Of a stretch of 64,000 bases of DNA, positions 1-28,635 are shown one piece after another. Where the stretch lies: assembly GCF_009914755.1 (NCBI RefSeq), contig NC_060944.1; one strand, given 5' to 3'. Position 1 is the stretch's first letter; each line of letters opens with the position of its first letter. The notes under the pieces were generated by a model. That model was not told where the DNA came from and ran no database searches. It worked only from the letters and a program-made list of their open reading frames with translations. A program made the position numbers and the translations under genes. This DNA is from the human T2T-CHM13v2.0 reference genome, Homo sapiens.

Positions 1-429
1 TTATCCATTAAGATCTTTTTTTCAGATCTGCTATTACATTTTTATACCATTCTTGACTAAAATTCTTAATGCTACAGGACTGTTCTTCTTGTCTGTTTCT
101 TACTGATTCTCATGTTGCCTTTTTATGGACTAGACACTGTAGTTTTAAAATTATTTATAGAAATGACCTGAGACCTATGATATATTTTTCAAGAGAGGAT
201 TTACGTTTGTTTCTAGCTTTGCCTAGGAGTCTTCAATCATTTTAATTCAGTTTCAGGGACTGATTTGCTTTTAAGCAGGGCTGTAGTCCCTACAGGGGTG
301 GTCAACTTCATTTCACTACCTAATATACCTATTATGTGTGGAGTACTTTGCTAGATGTTGGGTAGGTCTTGTGAGCAGAGCAGACCTCTCTTTGGTCTGT
401 ATGGAGCACGGAGCTTGATTATAATTGGC

Positions 430-431
<2 letters not shown>

Positions 432-461
<30 letters not shown>
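432..461. repeat. (GT)15 microsatellite
   Basis: Read directly. Confidence 0.95.
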
Positions 462-465
<4 letters not shown>

Positions 466-495
466 AAATAAATATTTATTTATTTATTTATTATA

Positions 496-840
<345 letters not shown>

Positions 841-1416
841 GCTAAGTAATTAATAAATATATTAAGTTCTATGAAAGCAATGAGTAGGCTGCTATGGTTG
901 TGAATATTTGGACTACACAGGGGATAAGAATGGGTCTACCATAATTAGCAGGGACAGGTTTTGTTTAAGCCAAAAACTAAGAGGGCTTAGAACAGAAACC
1001 GCCAGGCAGAAGCAGTTACCAGTGTGAAGACTAGATGACAACCAAAAAAGTATGTGGGAGGAGGGAGGGGAGGTTGCGCAGTGGGGAGTTGAGATTGACT
1101 TAGAACTGTATTAATGAGCTTTCCCCCCAACCCCCATTTTTCTCCCATTTACCTTCAGAAAAATTAGTGATTTGGCTACCAGTGAATCTAGGCTCCAGGT
1201 GTAGCTCTGTAGTTTTGGACTAGTTACCTAATTCTTCATTCACAACAAAACAGAAGGAGAGAGGAAAAAGAGAGCAAACATGGAATTGGGATGGGAAGTA
1301 AGAGAGCACATGAGGAGAGAGACTATGTCAAGTTTCTTCGTATTCCTTTTTTAATTACAGAAGAAAAGATGGGATAAAAATATTCCATCTTATTTCTCTG
1401 TTTAAAAGAAAGAGTA

Positions 1417-1795
<379 letters not shown>

Positions 1796-2831
1796 TCATT
1801 GATGAACCTGAAATGTTTTGGTTAACATGAGAAAGGAGGGTGAGAAGATGCCTGAGATGTGAGCTCCTTGAGGACAGGAGCTGCTTTCTCTCTCCAGCCT
1901 GGCACAAGACAAGGAACTTAGTTGAATGAATGAGCAAATAAGTGGTTCTCTGCTTTGAAGGAACTTGGACTGTCATTACCTTGCAAATCAGGTTTACCAG
2001 TTATTTGCTTTATATAAGTTCCAGAAAGAAACTATTTCCTCTCATAATATTACTACCCTAAACTTCTGGTCTGATCTATGGATTGTAGAGCTTAAATTTC
2101 CTCAAACCCCAACAGTCAGAGATTGTTACACCAAGATAAATAGCATATTTCTCAGCGCCTTGTATTTTCTGTCTTTGGCCACAGACCTTAGGACTTAGGC
2201 TGATATTTGAGAAGGAAAAACTGGAATTTAGTAGAATTATACTTCCTGTATCTTAATTTTCCAACTCTTATATAAGGTTTGCTTTTTCTAGAGAGAGACT
2301 AATCTGGAATGAGAATGAATTCTCATCAGTAAAGGCAAAGCTTTAAGTGGGTCATCTGACTTTGCTTTTGTGCTCTACATTCACCCTGCTCATAAAAGGT
2401 CCTTTCATGAGTTTTCTAGGCTTTCATCACTGCCAGCGTCTCCACAGGCATTGTGAAAGTATTAAACTTCCTACCCTCCCCCATGCTTGTCTCATGGACT
2501 CTTTCGTAGAGTGCACAGTGGACTGTGTTTAGCTCAGCAGGAACTCTTTGCAAACACTGAATACATGAACAACCCCCCTGGAAAGATAAGAGATTTCAGT
2601 ATTGCTTGGTGTCATAGCCGCAGAAGTTAGTGTCTGCCAGTATCTGATGAATATGGTGACTTGCAGCCTAATTTTTGTGAAATTATGAGGCCAAAGTTTA
2701 AGAAGTGTTCATGTTAAAGTTACTTATATATAAAATTTGCCTATCGATAATTTCTGTCAATAGGAGGTTGATGAATGCTTCACATAACCTAGATACTCCT
2801 AATTAACTGTTTTTTATTTCTTTTTTTCTAG

Positions 2832-2874
2832 GACACATGTTCAAAGAGCATAATTAACTTTTTAAAAGAAGCTA
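2832..2874 (+). other. PTPRA: Non-coding 5'UTR exon (43 nt) containing a short uORF
   Basis: Long polypyrimidine tract ending ttttctAG at 2830-2831, with ctaat/ttaac branch-like motifs upstream. Donor CTA|GTAAGT at 2875. Joined to 19122 it places an in-frame TAA six codons upstream of the main ATG. Confidence 0.8.
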
Positions 2875-3521
2875 GTAAGTACTGAAATAGTTTTTTAAGT
2901 TTTTTCTACAAGAATAGAGGAAGAAAGGAAACATGGAATTCTGAAGGGCTACTTAGCAAGCTGCTTATGGCATAATCTGGGGTGGGGGTGCATAGTAAAG
3001 GATTTGCATTTTACTGAGACCGATACATGTCAAGGGAATGGTATTTAAAATTAGTGATATGTGTTGATTTTTCAAGGACTATAGCCCATCAACTACAATA
3101 GGCTCCAAAAAATTCTGGTGAAATTAGCTTCTTGGAGCCTTCCAGTTTACCTACTATGTTATTCCCACTATAAAATATTCTCAACTTTTGGGGTTTTAGC
3201 CACTTAAGTTTTTTATTTTCTCTAATGTCTCTAGTATCTGCTTTAGTTTCCTGTCAATGCTAGACTCTGTGGTTCAGCAGTTCATCCATTCTCTTCCCAG
3301 TACTCAACCTCGTTGCTTATAGTTTCATTACATTCATCTAGCAAAACCTTAATTCTGTATGTTTGCCATACCATTAGTGCTTAGAGCATTTTTTCAGAAA
3401 AGAATCCTGGAAAAATGGATCTTATCTCACCTGGGCCCTCAGGACTGCTGGGCTGCCTGGTGTCAGCACTTCCCGCCATTTTCTATAGCACCAGTATTAT
3501 TCTTAATACTTTAAAAAACCA

Positions 3522-3896
<375 letters not shown>

Positions 3897-4199
3897 TTAA
3901 GATGTCAGATTTCAGTTCTCTCACTTTTCTACAACTTCTCCCACTTTTGCCTTTCTTATGTACCTTCCCTTCCTTCCCATCTGATTCCTTATCAGTATTT
4001 ACACATGATTAGTTCTTGCCTAACCTAATAGACCCTTTCTTGAGTGCAAATCAGTGGCTATTTTTGCTAGGGTATAAAAATTACCTATCTAATCACCTTG
4101 ACAAAGTTACCCTGTTATTTCCAATAACTTACTTCCTATGGATTCTTGTAGATTTTCTTTTTTTTTTTTTTAATTTTTTTATTTTCAGATGTTTTCTCG

Positions 4200-5920
<1,721 letters not shown>

Positions 5921-5924
5921 CATG

Positions 5925-6248
5925 TGTTTGTTTGTTTGTTTGTTTCTTTCTTTCTTTCTTTTTTTTTTAGACGGAGTCTCGCTTTGTCACCCAGGCTAAA
6001 GTGCAGTGGGGCGATCTCGGCTTACTGCCAGCTCCGACTCCGGGGTTCACACCATTCTCCTACCTCTGCCTCCCGAGTAGCTGGGACTCCAGGCGTGCCC
6101 GCCACCACGCCCAGCTAGTTTTTGTATTTTTAGTAGAGACGGGGTTTCACCATGTTAGCCAGGATGGTCTCGATCTCCTGACCTCGTGATCCGCCCACCT
6201 CAGCCTCCCAAAGCGCTGGGATTACAGGCAGGAGCCACTGCGCCCAGC
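5925..6248 (-). mobile_element. AluY-like, antisense
   Basis: Poly-T/(TTTG)n tail, then AGACGGAGTCTCGC...GTTAGCCAGGATGGTCTCGATCTCCTGACCTCGTG. Confidence 0.9.
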
Positions 6249-6249
6249 A

Positions 6250-6988
<739 letters not shown>

Positions 6989-7384
6989 CTGTCAAATGAT
7001 ACTCCAAAATGGTTGTACCATTTTATATTTGCAACAACAATGTCTGAGGGTACTGATTGCTCCATATCCTTGACAGCACTTGGTATAGCTGATCTTTTAA
7101 TTTTAGTCACTTTAGTGGGCATATACTGGTATTTTATGTTTTACTTTTTATTTTCCTAATGATTAATAGTTTGCAGCATCTTTCATGTGCTTATTTCCCT
7201 TTCATATATCTTCTTTGATAAAAATATCTGTTCAAATATTTTGCCCATTATTTTGTTGGAATACTTATTTTCTTACTGTTGAGCTTTGAGAGTTCTTTAT
7301 ATATCTGGATACCAATCCTTTGTCAGATATATTTTTTGCAAAATTTTTTCCCAGCCTGTGATTTAGTTTGTTATTCTCATGTCT

Positions 7385-9990
<2,606 letters not shown>

Positions 9991-10699
9991 GTCACTGGTT
10001 TGTTTTTATTTTTTACTTTATGCAGATAATCTGTACTATACTTTGGTTTCATGTATCAAGTAGTTTGTTCCAAGTTGTGCTTTAAGCAGAACAAATAAAT
10101 TTTCATATTGTTCTTTGTGTTAATCTGCAATATAAACCTATACCAAATTCTATTTTGTGTATTTGTTTATTGTAGTAATCTGACTGACTCTTTTGCCTCC
10201 AGACTCATCTCTTTCAAGGTCCCCAACTGAATCTTGTTTTAGGTGGAACTTAGAAGCAGTAGAAGTTAAGAATCTATTTCACAGCCTTAGTAGTCTAGTT
10301 TCATTCTCTATATAATGTTGTCTATGCAAGTGAGCTGCTCTCCAGTGCCTTAGTTTCACTAATGTTGGGGAAGGTCTCTTCTCTTGTTTTGGACTTCTCT
10401 ATCACATTGCCTTTCTCAAGAGAAGACATATAATGAAAGTTGATATCTGGTGTTCTAGGACTTCTTCAGAAGCTTGCCAGTTTTTCAAGCTGATTTCTCT
10501 CACTGGCAACTCTTCAGAGTGCTGTTCCTACTCCACCCTCCCCTGGTGGTATGTATCAGTTTTCTACTCATCAGCACCCACCTACTCCTGCCTACTGTGT
10601 TTCTCAGATGTCTGCTGCCTGGCTAGCTCATTGCTGCTTTTGTCACTCATAGAGCTGTCTTCTTCCCTTTTTTTGGCTTTCTGCCTGACTTCCAGGGCA

Positions 10700-13980
<3,281 letters not shown>

Positions 13981-14399
13981 ATAGTACCTGTTAGTGACAT
14001 GGATCTTCTTAACTTCTGATGTGTCTTTTCCTCCCTAGTGTACGCATACCAATTCTCTCCACAGCTTCCATCACCATGCATTTGTTCTTTTCCCTTGTTC
14101 TTGTATTACCTTTCTGGAAAGGAATTTTTATTGTAGGCTAATTGTTACTCCCACCAGTATTTAACCACTGGATATTTCATATGATTGATCTCTTCTGATT
14201 TGGAAAATAAAAATGTAATCTCATTATATTCATTTGATTAGTGGGGACAGTCAACACTTCTTTGTGTATTTTCTTAGCTGTTCGTTTTTCTCGTCTGTAA
14301 ATTATCTGTTTAGGTCCTTCAGATTTTTCAAAATTGGACTGTTATGTTTTCAGTATTGTTATGAGTTCTTGTTTCAATTATTTATGACAGTTCATTTTC

Positions 14400-17075
<2,676 letters not shown>

Positions 17076-18168
17076 TATTTATGATGGGCTTCTTCTTTAT
17101 GTTTAGGAGCTTTTGTTTTTTCTGTCAGATATTCCACTTCTACCTTTATGATTTCTTAATTGCCTTTTATGCTTAGAAAGTTTTTCCTCATCCTGAGCTC
17201 ACATATTCATTTATTTTCTTTTAAAATGTGTTTTCAAGCATTTAATTTTTAAACCTATGTGGAATTTATTTTGGTATATGGAATGAGGTGGTGGTCTAAC
17301 TCCCTCCTCTCAAATATGTAGTTATTTTTCCCAAAACCATTTTCTATTAATTTATCAAGAATAGACATGTATACATATACATATATAATAGTCAGCCTTC
17401 CACTTGTTGTTTGACCCTTGTGAAGGAAATTGTATGAGTTTCCAATTTTGGATTAGGCTCAGGTAGTAATTGAGCTGGGTTCTGCCAGAGATCCATGTTA
17501 ATTCACTATCCAAACAGAGTTATAAAATGTAAGTTTTATGAAAATCTAACAGTATATCACTGGTTTAATGATCACAGCCTAGGAAGAATGGGGAAATTGT
17601 CAAAATCTTCTGTGGATGCACCTGAAGGCCACTGCTGAACCCATTTCCCTGCTAGGCACGGCTGCTGGTACCAGGGGCAAACTCCTGGAGTATATATGAA
17701 CCACCTACATCTCCTTCTCTTCCCCCCCTACCCTTGAGATTTTCATGTGTCCCTTAAGGATGTGTGTCCTACTTCCCTTGGAGAGTCACTACCACATTGA
17801 ACACTTTAGACTGTGAGTCCTGTGAAGATGGGGCTCATGAGTGTATTGCTCCCCAGTTGTTTCTCTAGCACTAGCTCAGTATAGGGCATAAAAATCTGAA
17901 TGGATGAACAAACCACTATTACTGGTGGGGACATGCTACTATCTTACATGGTTCGAGGTGGAATAAAGGTTGAGAACAGCTATATAATGTGTTCCTTGAA
18001 GGGCAGCAGTACATCAGTGCAATCAGCCTACCTTCTCCATACTTCTCACTCTGAAAACTGTAAAGCTGCACCTAGCAATCAACTTGGGAGCTTTAAAAGG
18101 GACTGCTCCCTAGCTCTCACCCACAAAGCTGTAGTCTAGCACAGGTGACTTTTTTAAAAAAGTTTTTT

Positions 18169-18459
18169 GGTCCAGATGTGATGACTCACGCCTGTAATCC
18201 CAGCACTTCGGGAGGCTGAGGCTGGGAGGTCACCTGGGGTCAGGAGTTTGAGACCAGCGTGACCAACATGGAGAAACCCCATCTCTACTAAAAATTTGCC
18301 GGGCATGGTGGCACATGCCTCTAATCTCAGCTACTCGGGAGGCTGAGGCAGGAGAATTGCTTGAACCCGGGAGGCGGAGGTTGCCGTGAGCCAAGATCAC
18401 ACCATTGCACTCCAGCCCGGGCGACAGTGCAAGACTCCGTCTCAAAAAAAAATAAAAAA
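18169..18459 (+). mobile_element. AluS
   Basis: Dimeric Alu consensus with A tail. Confidence 0.9.
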
Positions 18460-18483
18460 GGAGTCCTATTAAGACTTATTTTT

Positions 18484-18945
18484 ACAGGTTGGATATCTCT
18501 AATCCCAAAATCTGAAATGCTCCAAAATTTGAAACTTTTTGAGCGCAGACATGATGCTCAAAAAAATGCTCACTGGGACATTTTGGATTTCAAAATTTGG
18601 ATTAGGGACTAGGTGTGGGAGCTCACACCTGTAATCATAGCACTTTGGGAAGTTGAAGCAAGAGGATCAGTTGAACCCAAGAGTTTGAGAGCAGCCTAGA
18701 CAACATAGTGAGACGCCGTCTCTACAGAAAATTTTAAAAATTAGCCAGGCATCGTAGTACATGCCTATAGTCCCAGCTACTCAGGAGGCTGAGACAGAAG
18801 GATCACTTGAGTCCAGGAGGTAGAGGCTGCACTGAGCTATGATCATAACCACTGTCTCCATCCTGGGCAACAGAGCAAGACCCTATCTCTTAAAAAAAAT
18901 CTGAAACACTGCTAGTCCTCAAGATAAGGGATAGTCAGTCTTTAT
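18484..18945. mobile_element. MER46/Tigger4-type TcMar MITE interrupted by an AluJ (~18610-18899, +)
   Basis: Degenerate TIRs taCAGGTTGGATATCTCTAATC ... GATAAGGGATAGTCAGTCT, with internal AAATGCTCCAAAATTTGAAAC. Confidence 0.7.
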
Positions 18946-19127
18946 AAAGACTCAATTAGTTATTGGATATCTGAGGAAGCATGCATATCAGGCTCCCAAA
19001 AGATCATTGGTTTAGGCACACATTTTAATAGCTTGGAAATCCAGAATACTCTTCTGGTGACCAGCTCAGACATAGTCCTGATAATATAGGACCTCATCTA
19101 ACATGACTCCCTATTTTCCAGATAAGC

Positions 19128-19200
19128 ATGGATTCCTGGTTCATTCTTGTTCTGCTCGGCAGTGGTCTGATATGTGTCAGTGCCAACAATGCTACCACAG
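19128..19200 (+). CDS. PTPRA: First coding exon (exon spans 19122-19200): signal peptide MDSWFILVLLGSGLICVSANNATT
   Basis: Acceptor ttttccAG (19120-21). Strong Kozak context aagcATGG. Donor CAG|GTAAAT at 19201, phase 1. Confidence 0.97.
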
Positions 19201-19710
19201 GTAAATTGTCATTTGATAAGGCTGCTATTTGAAATGAAATTTTGCTTTCACATTTAATGAGCCACATTTGAAAACCGAGATGGTATTTGAAGAAAGGAAT
19301 ATAAAAATTTTATTCAAAGTGATGGTAAAATAGGTGTCTTCAGAAATCTTGGAATTGAATGCTCAGCATTGTTTTTCATACATACATAACTGCTTTAAAT
19401 AAATCAAAGAGATTATGTGTTCTTTCCTGAAAAGTAAAATAAATTGTTGACATTTACAACTCTATATATGGTTTCTGAGGAACTAAGTGAAGAATCTTGT
19501 GTCTTTCTCCCTTAAACCGTAGTCCTTTGGAGGAGGTAGGAAAGGTCCAGCATGAGATAAAAACGTAGGGGGTGGGTGGTGTTGAGGGGGATTGGTCTTT
19601 GCTTGGTCTCCATATGTTTGAGAGTTTATTAAGGCTTGCTGCTTTGTGTCTCACAGCTTTTTAGCCTCACATTCTTCATGTGCTATTTCCTTGTTTTTTG
19701 GTGTTTGTAG

Positions 19711-20052
19711 TTGCACCTTCTGTAGGAATTACAAGATTAATTAACTCATCAACGGCAGAACCAGTTAAAGAAGAGGCCAAAACTTCAAATCCAACTTCTT
19801 CACTAACTTCTCTTTCTGTGGCACCAACATTCAGCCCAAATATAACTCTGGGACCCACCTATTTAACCACTGTCAATTCTTCAGACTCTGACAATGGGAC
19901 CACAAGAACAGCAAGCACCAATTCTATAGGCATTACAATTTCACCAAATGGAACGTGGCTTCCAGATAACCAGTTCACGGATGCCAGAACAGAACCCTGG
20001 GAGGGGAATTCCAGCACCGCAGCAACCACTCCAGAAACTTTCCCTCCTTCAG
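19711..20052 (+). CDS. PTPRA: Ectodomain exon (342 nt): Ser/Thr-rich, multiple N-glycosylation sequons
   Basis: Acceptor tttgtAG|TTGCA, donor CAG|GTACTA, phase 1-1. Encodes [14 protein letters not shown]...TPETFPPS with sequons NSS, NIT, NSS, NGT, NGT, NSS (ORF track 19680..20090). Confidence 0.97.
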
Positions 20053-20368
20053 GTACTAGAGATGATTCTGTTTGTTCTTTTGCTCTTTGAGTTTAGTCTT
20101 CCTTTTATTATCTTGTTTGTGTTTTCTAGCCTTAAAATTTCTTCAAATAAGTAAAATTGCTCAAGTGAAGTAATGAAACCTGTATGTGGAATTTTTGGGT
20201 TAGCATGAGTGAAGAGGAAAGAAGAAAGATTCTGGAGAATATCTTTCTGCTAGGTGGGATCCTGGTTAGATTGAGAGGACTTAAATGTGTTTAAAGGTAG
20301 AGAAGAAGGCTTAAAAAGACAAGAGAAATAGAGGAGCTCATTGACGATGCAAGAGACTGAAGATGAAA

Positions 20369-20570
20369 AGATACAGAGAATGAGTAATAAGATTAGGTTT
20401 GGAAAGGGAGGGATCCGTGGAGACCATGGAAAGGAGAATGGGTATTGATGTCCATGACAGTTAGATGTGAGATACAGAGAATGAGTAATAAGATTAGGTT
20501 TGGAAAGGGAGGGATCCATGGAGACCATGGAAAGGAGAATGGACATTGATGTCCATGACAGTTAGATATG
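20369..20570. repeat. Direct tandem duplication, 2 x 101 bp (4 differences)
   Basis: AGATACAGAGAATGAGTAATAAGATTAGGTTTGGAAAGGGAGGGATCC...CCATGACAGTTAGAT starts at 20369 and again at 20470. Confidence 0.95.
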
Positions 20571-21054
20571 GAGTGGCAGGCCAGTGGCCAGGGGTGGCAT
20601 CAGGCTCTGGGAAATGGTTACATTGCAGTGCCAGTTGTTCAGGGCCTCAGGTTGAAGCAGTAGTCCCAAGGAGAAAATCAGAGACGTGGATCTGAGACCA
20701 GGGCAGGTAAGACAAGTTTCTGACCTCTTTGAACCTTAGGTACCTTGTCTGTAAAAGAGGATTAGAGATACCCTCAAAGGGCTTCTATGAGGAGTAAAGG
20801 AAATAATCATTACCTGATTGCTATGTAACTGTCATCCCTTTTCTAGCAAAAATCACTCTTTCCTCTTCTGTGTTCCCAGTTAGATGGTGAGTGCCCCTAA
20901 GCAGAATCACATCTCGCTCATGTGGAACATTCAGGAACTGTTTGCTCAGTTGATTCTCATTTGTTACTACAGATGATATCTTTTACTGCGCCTTATAACT
21001 CAGACCCTTCACCTGCCAGCTTTTCCCCATATTTTCTACCGTAAAGACAAGACA

Positions 21055-21325
21055 GCATTTGCAGTTAAGAGCACAGTCTTCAGTGCCACACTGAGTTTGA
21101 ATCCCAGCTCTTCCATAAACCAGCCATGTTTATGGCATAGCTGGCTTACTTTATCTCTCTACCTCGGTTTGTTCATCTGTGAAACAAGAATGAGTGATAG
21201 TAATAGTTCTTACCTCATAGAGGAGATATTAGGATTAAACAAGTTAATATGGGTAAAGCACTTATAAAGGTGCCTACACATGGTAAGCACTATTTTTAAG
21301 TGTGAGCTGTTAGTATTGTTGTGGT
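21055..21325 (+). mobile_element. MIR
   Basis: GTTAAGAGCACAG...GAGTTTGAATCCCAGCTC...CTCGGTTTGTTCATCTGTGAAA...ACCTCATAG...GTAAAGCACTTA core. Confidence 0.85.
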
Positions 21326-22428
21326 TATTGCTCTGATAGTTACCAGTAAAATATATGAAGGTACCTTTAATGCAGATGGCATCCCACTATTCTTGATGAG
21401 ATAGGGGACTGCAGACAAATAATGTCTGATACTTGCTTTGTGCTTTAGAGTTAATGTAGTTTTGTCATAGTTATTACTGTGTGCTAGGCATCGTACTAAG
21501 AGTTTTCTAGAATAATCCTATGAATTAAGTTCTATTTTATGTTTTATAGGTGAAAGTATTTTACAATGATGAAACCATAATTTGTGGAATGTTTTTCAGT
21601 GTACAGGTCATGACACAATTCATGAAATCACTTTAGCAGGCCACCACTAGTTGTTTGTTTTGTTTTATTTTAATGGATGATCCAGTTCCATGTTTATTCT
21701 TTTAATGTTACATACAATTTTTTGAAATTTTAGTAACAACATAAAATGTTGGGTTGTGGCCATTGCTTAGGGAGAAAGGCAGGATAACTTGTACAAACTG
21801 TATGAGTGAATGGAAAAGGTGGAGACTGTAACACAGGCCTGACTGACTGAACAGCCCATGTTCTATTGTGTACTGTCTTTCATTTAACAGTTCTGTGACA
21901 TGACCATGGATAATCATCTCCTTTTAACAGATGCTTGATTTCAGACTGTATATAGAGGTTAAATGATTTGTTTTAGATCTCAAGGCTGACAAATTAGGCC
22001 TATTTCTCACTTTTGCGGTCTTTCCACTCTGCTTGTAGGGAACTTAGTTTTCCATAAACTGACTTAGGTCCAAATTGTGCCACAGCTAAGAATCTAGTTA
22101 TTGTACATTTAACACAGTTCACGTCATAGGAGGCTGAGACTATGTTTCTCTAGTGGCGTTTATTCAAGATGAGTAAAACACAAGAAACCATTATCGCACA
22201 TGGGAATTTCATAGTCTTAAACCCCACATCCCACTTATCACCACCATTTACCAGTCCTCCTGTAACAGTTACAATTTTTTATTAAATCAGTATTTGATGT
22301 ATATTATTGTAATTATGAAATATTCATTGCTGAGCTATAAGTATAAATGGATTGTTTTTCTTGTACAGTTTTTTTTCTGGATTTAATACTTACCTTATTT
22401 TTTGTTTATTTAGTTTTCTATTTAGTCA

Positions 22429-22734
<306 letters not shown>

Positions 22735-23477
22735 TTACCATGCTCTCCAGAGCCTCTCAAAACAGCTTTCTACAAAGTGAGATCTGTTAGATAATCTATT
22801 TCTTTTTTACCTCTAGAAATTCCTCCTGAGCCCTCCATTGTCTTATTCCAGTCTAGGCTTGTCGATCTCTAGGGCTACTACACAGATACATCAGCCTGAG
22901 ATTTCCCTTCTCTGTCATTCTGGGAATTCCCCTTGCTGCTGCTTCCTGACTTCCATATTGTCTTCCTTTTTGTCTTCTCATCATTCGGTAGATTCCTGAG
23001 AAAAGGGGTCCATGGGAGGCAAATTGCATCCTTACATATCTAAAAATATCTTTAGGGCTGTGCATAGAATTTGAGGAATATTTTTCCCCCAGAATTTTTA
23101 AAGTAATGCCCTAACTGACACCTGTTTACCAGGTTTGGAGGATTTTACTGCTATCTTAATCCCTAATTGTTTGTATGCTTTCTAGGATCTTCTCTTTATC
23201 ATCAGTATCCTGAAATTTCACAGAGATGTATCTTGATGTGGGTCTTTTTCGTTCATTATTATGGATACTTAATAGGCCCTTTAGAGCCTTGATCTTGCAT
23301 TTCTGAAAATTTTCTCCCATTTCTTTGAAACCTTCTCCCCCTCTTCCTTTTTTTTTTTTCTCAAATTCTTAATATTTGGATATTGGATGTATCCTGAATT
23401 AATTCTTTAATCTTTAAAATTTTTCCTTTCTGTTGATCTTTGCTTTGAGTCTTTTTCTCCTTTTAAAAATAAACAAA

Positions 23478-24744
<1,267 letters not shown>

Positions 24745-24749
24745 ACTCC

Positions 24750-28160
<3,411 letters not shown>

Positions 28161-28165
28161 GGCAG

Positions 28166-28635
28166 TTGTATTAGGATGCGCTATAAGCTGCTCTGACAAA
28201 GATACCAAAATTCAGTGACTTAAATAAGACCAAAGTGTCTTTCTCTCCCCAGTTACATTCCAGAGGTAGACAGGGCCTTCGTCTCAGTAGGGACCAAATT
28301 CCTTTCCTCTTGTGGCCCTGCCATCCTAACAATATTGCCCTTATCTGTTTGGTTAGAGATAGTTCTCACCATTGGGTTCTAGTTCCAACCACTGCGAAGG
28401 ACAAACAAAGGGAATAGGGGCCATTTCTCTTCCAAAAGATGTGACCTGGAAGTTACTCACATTGCTTTAGCTCACATCCCGTTGGCTAGAATTCATCACA
28501 TGACCACACCTAGCACAAAGGAGTCTCAAATATAGTCTGCCAGGAGAGCTTGGTGCTCAGCTAAAAAACAAAGGTTCTGTATCAAGGCAAGAAGAGAAAG
28601 AGACTGATCTGAGGGGAGGAGAGTTGGCAGGTTCT
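28166..28635 (-). mobile_element. MLT1-type MaLR LTR
   Basis: TGTATTAGG...GCTGCTCTGACAAA...TCAGTGACTTAAATAA and CATCCCGTTGGCTAGAA...CACATGACCACACCTAG, typical of antisense MLT1. Confidence 0.65.

Larger units (their letters stand above)
19122..20052 (+). ncRNA. PTPRA: Probable circPTPRA (back-splice of exons 19122-19200 and 19711-20052; 421 nt spliced)
   Basis: Two exons joined by a short 510-nt intron and flanked by long (16.2 kb and at least 9.9 kb) Alu-rich introns with opposite-orientation Alus. A two-exon circPTPRA is reported in the literature (recalled, not verified here). Confidence 0.7.

Noticed and set aside
19567-19596. G-rich tract in the short intron as a G-quadruplex
   Set aside because: Only three runs of 3 or more G, so at best a weak two-tier structure.
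19676-19858. Minus-strand ORFs overlapping PTPRA exons (also 41330..41593, 43041..43223, 59820..60014)
   Set aside because: These are antisense shadows of real coding exons with no independent evidence.
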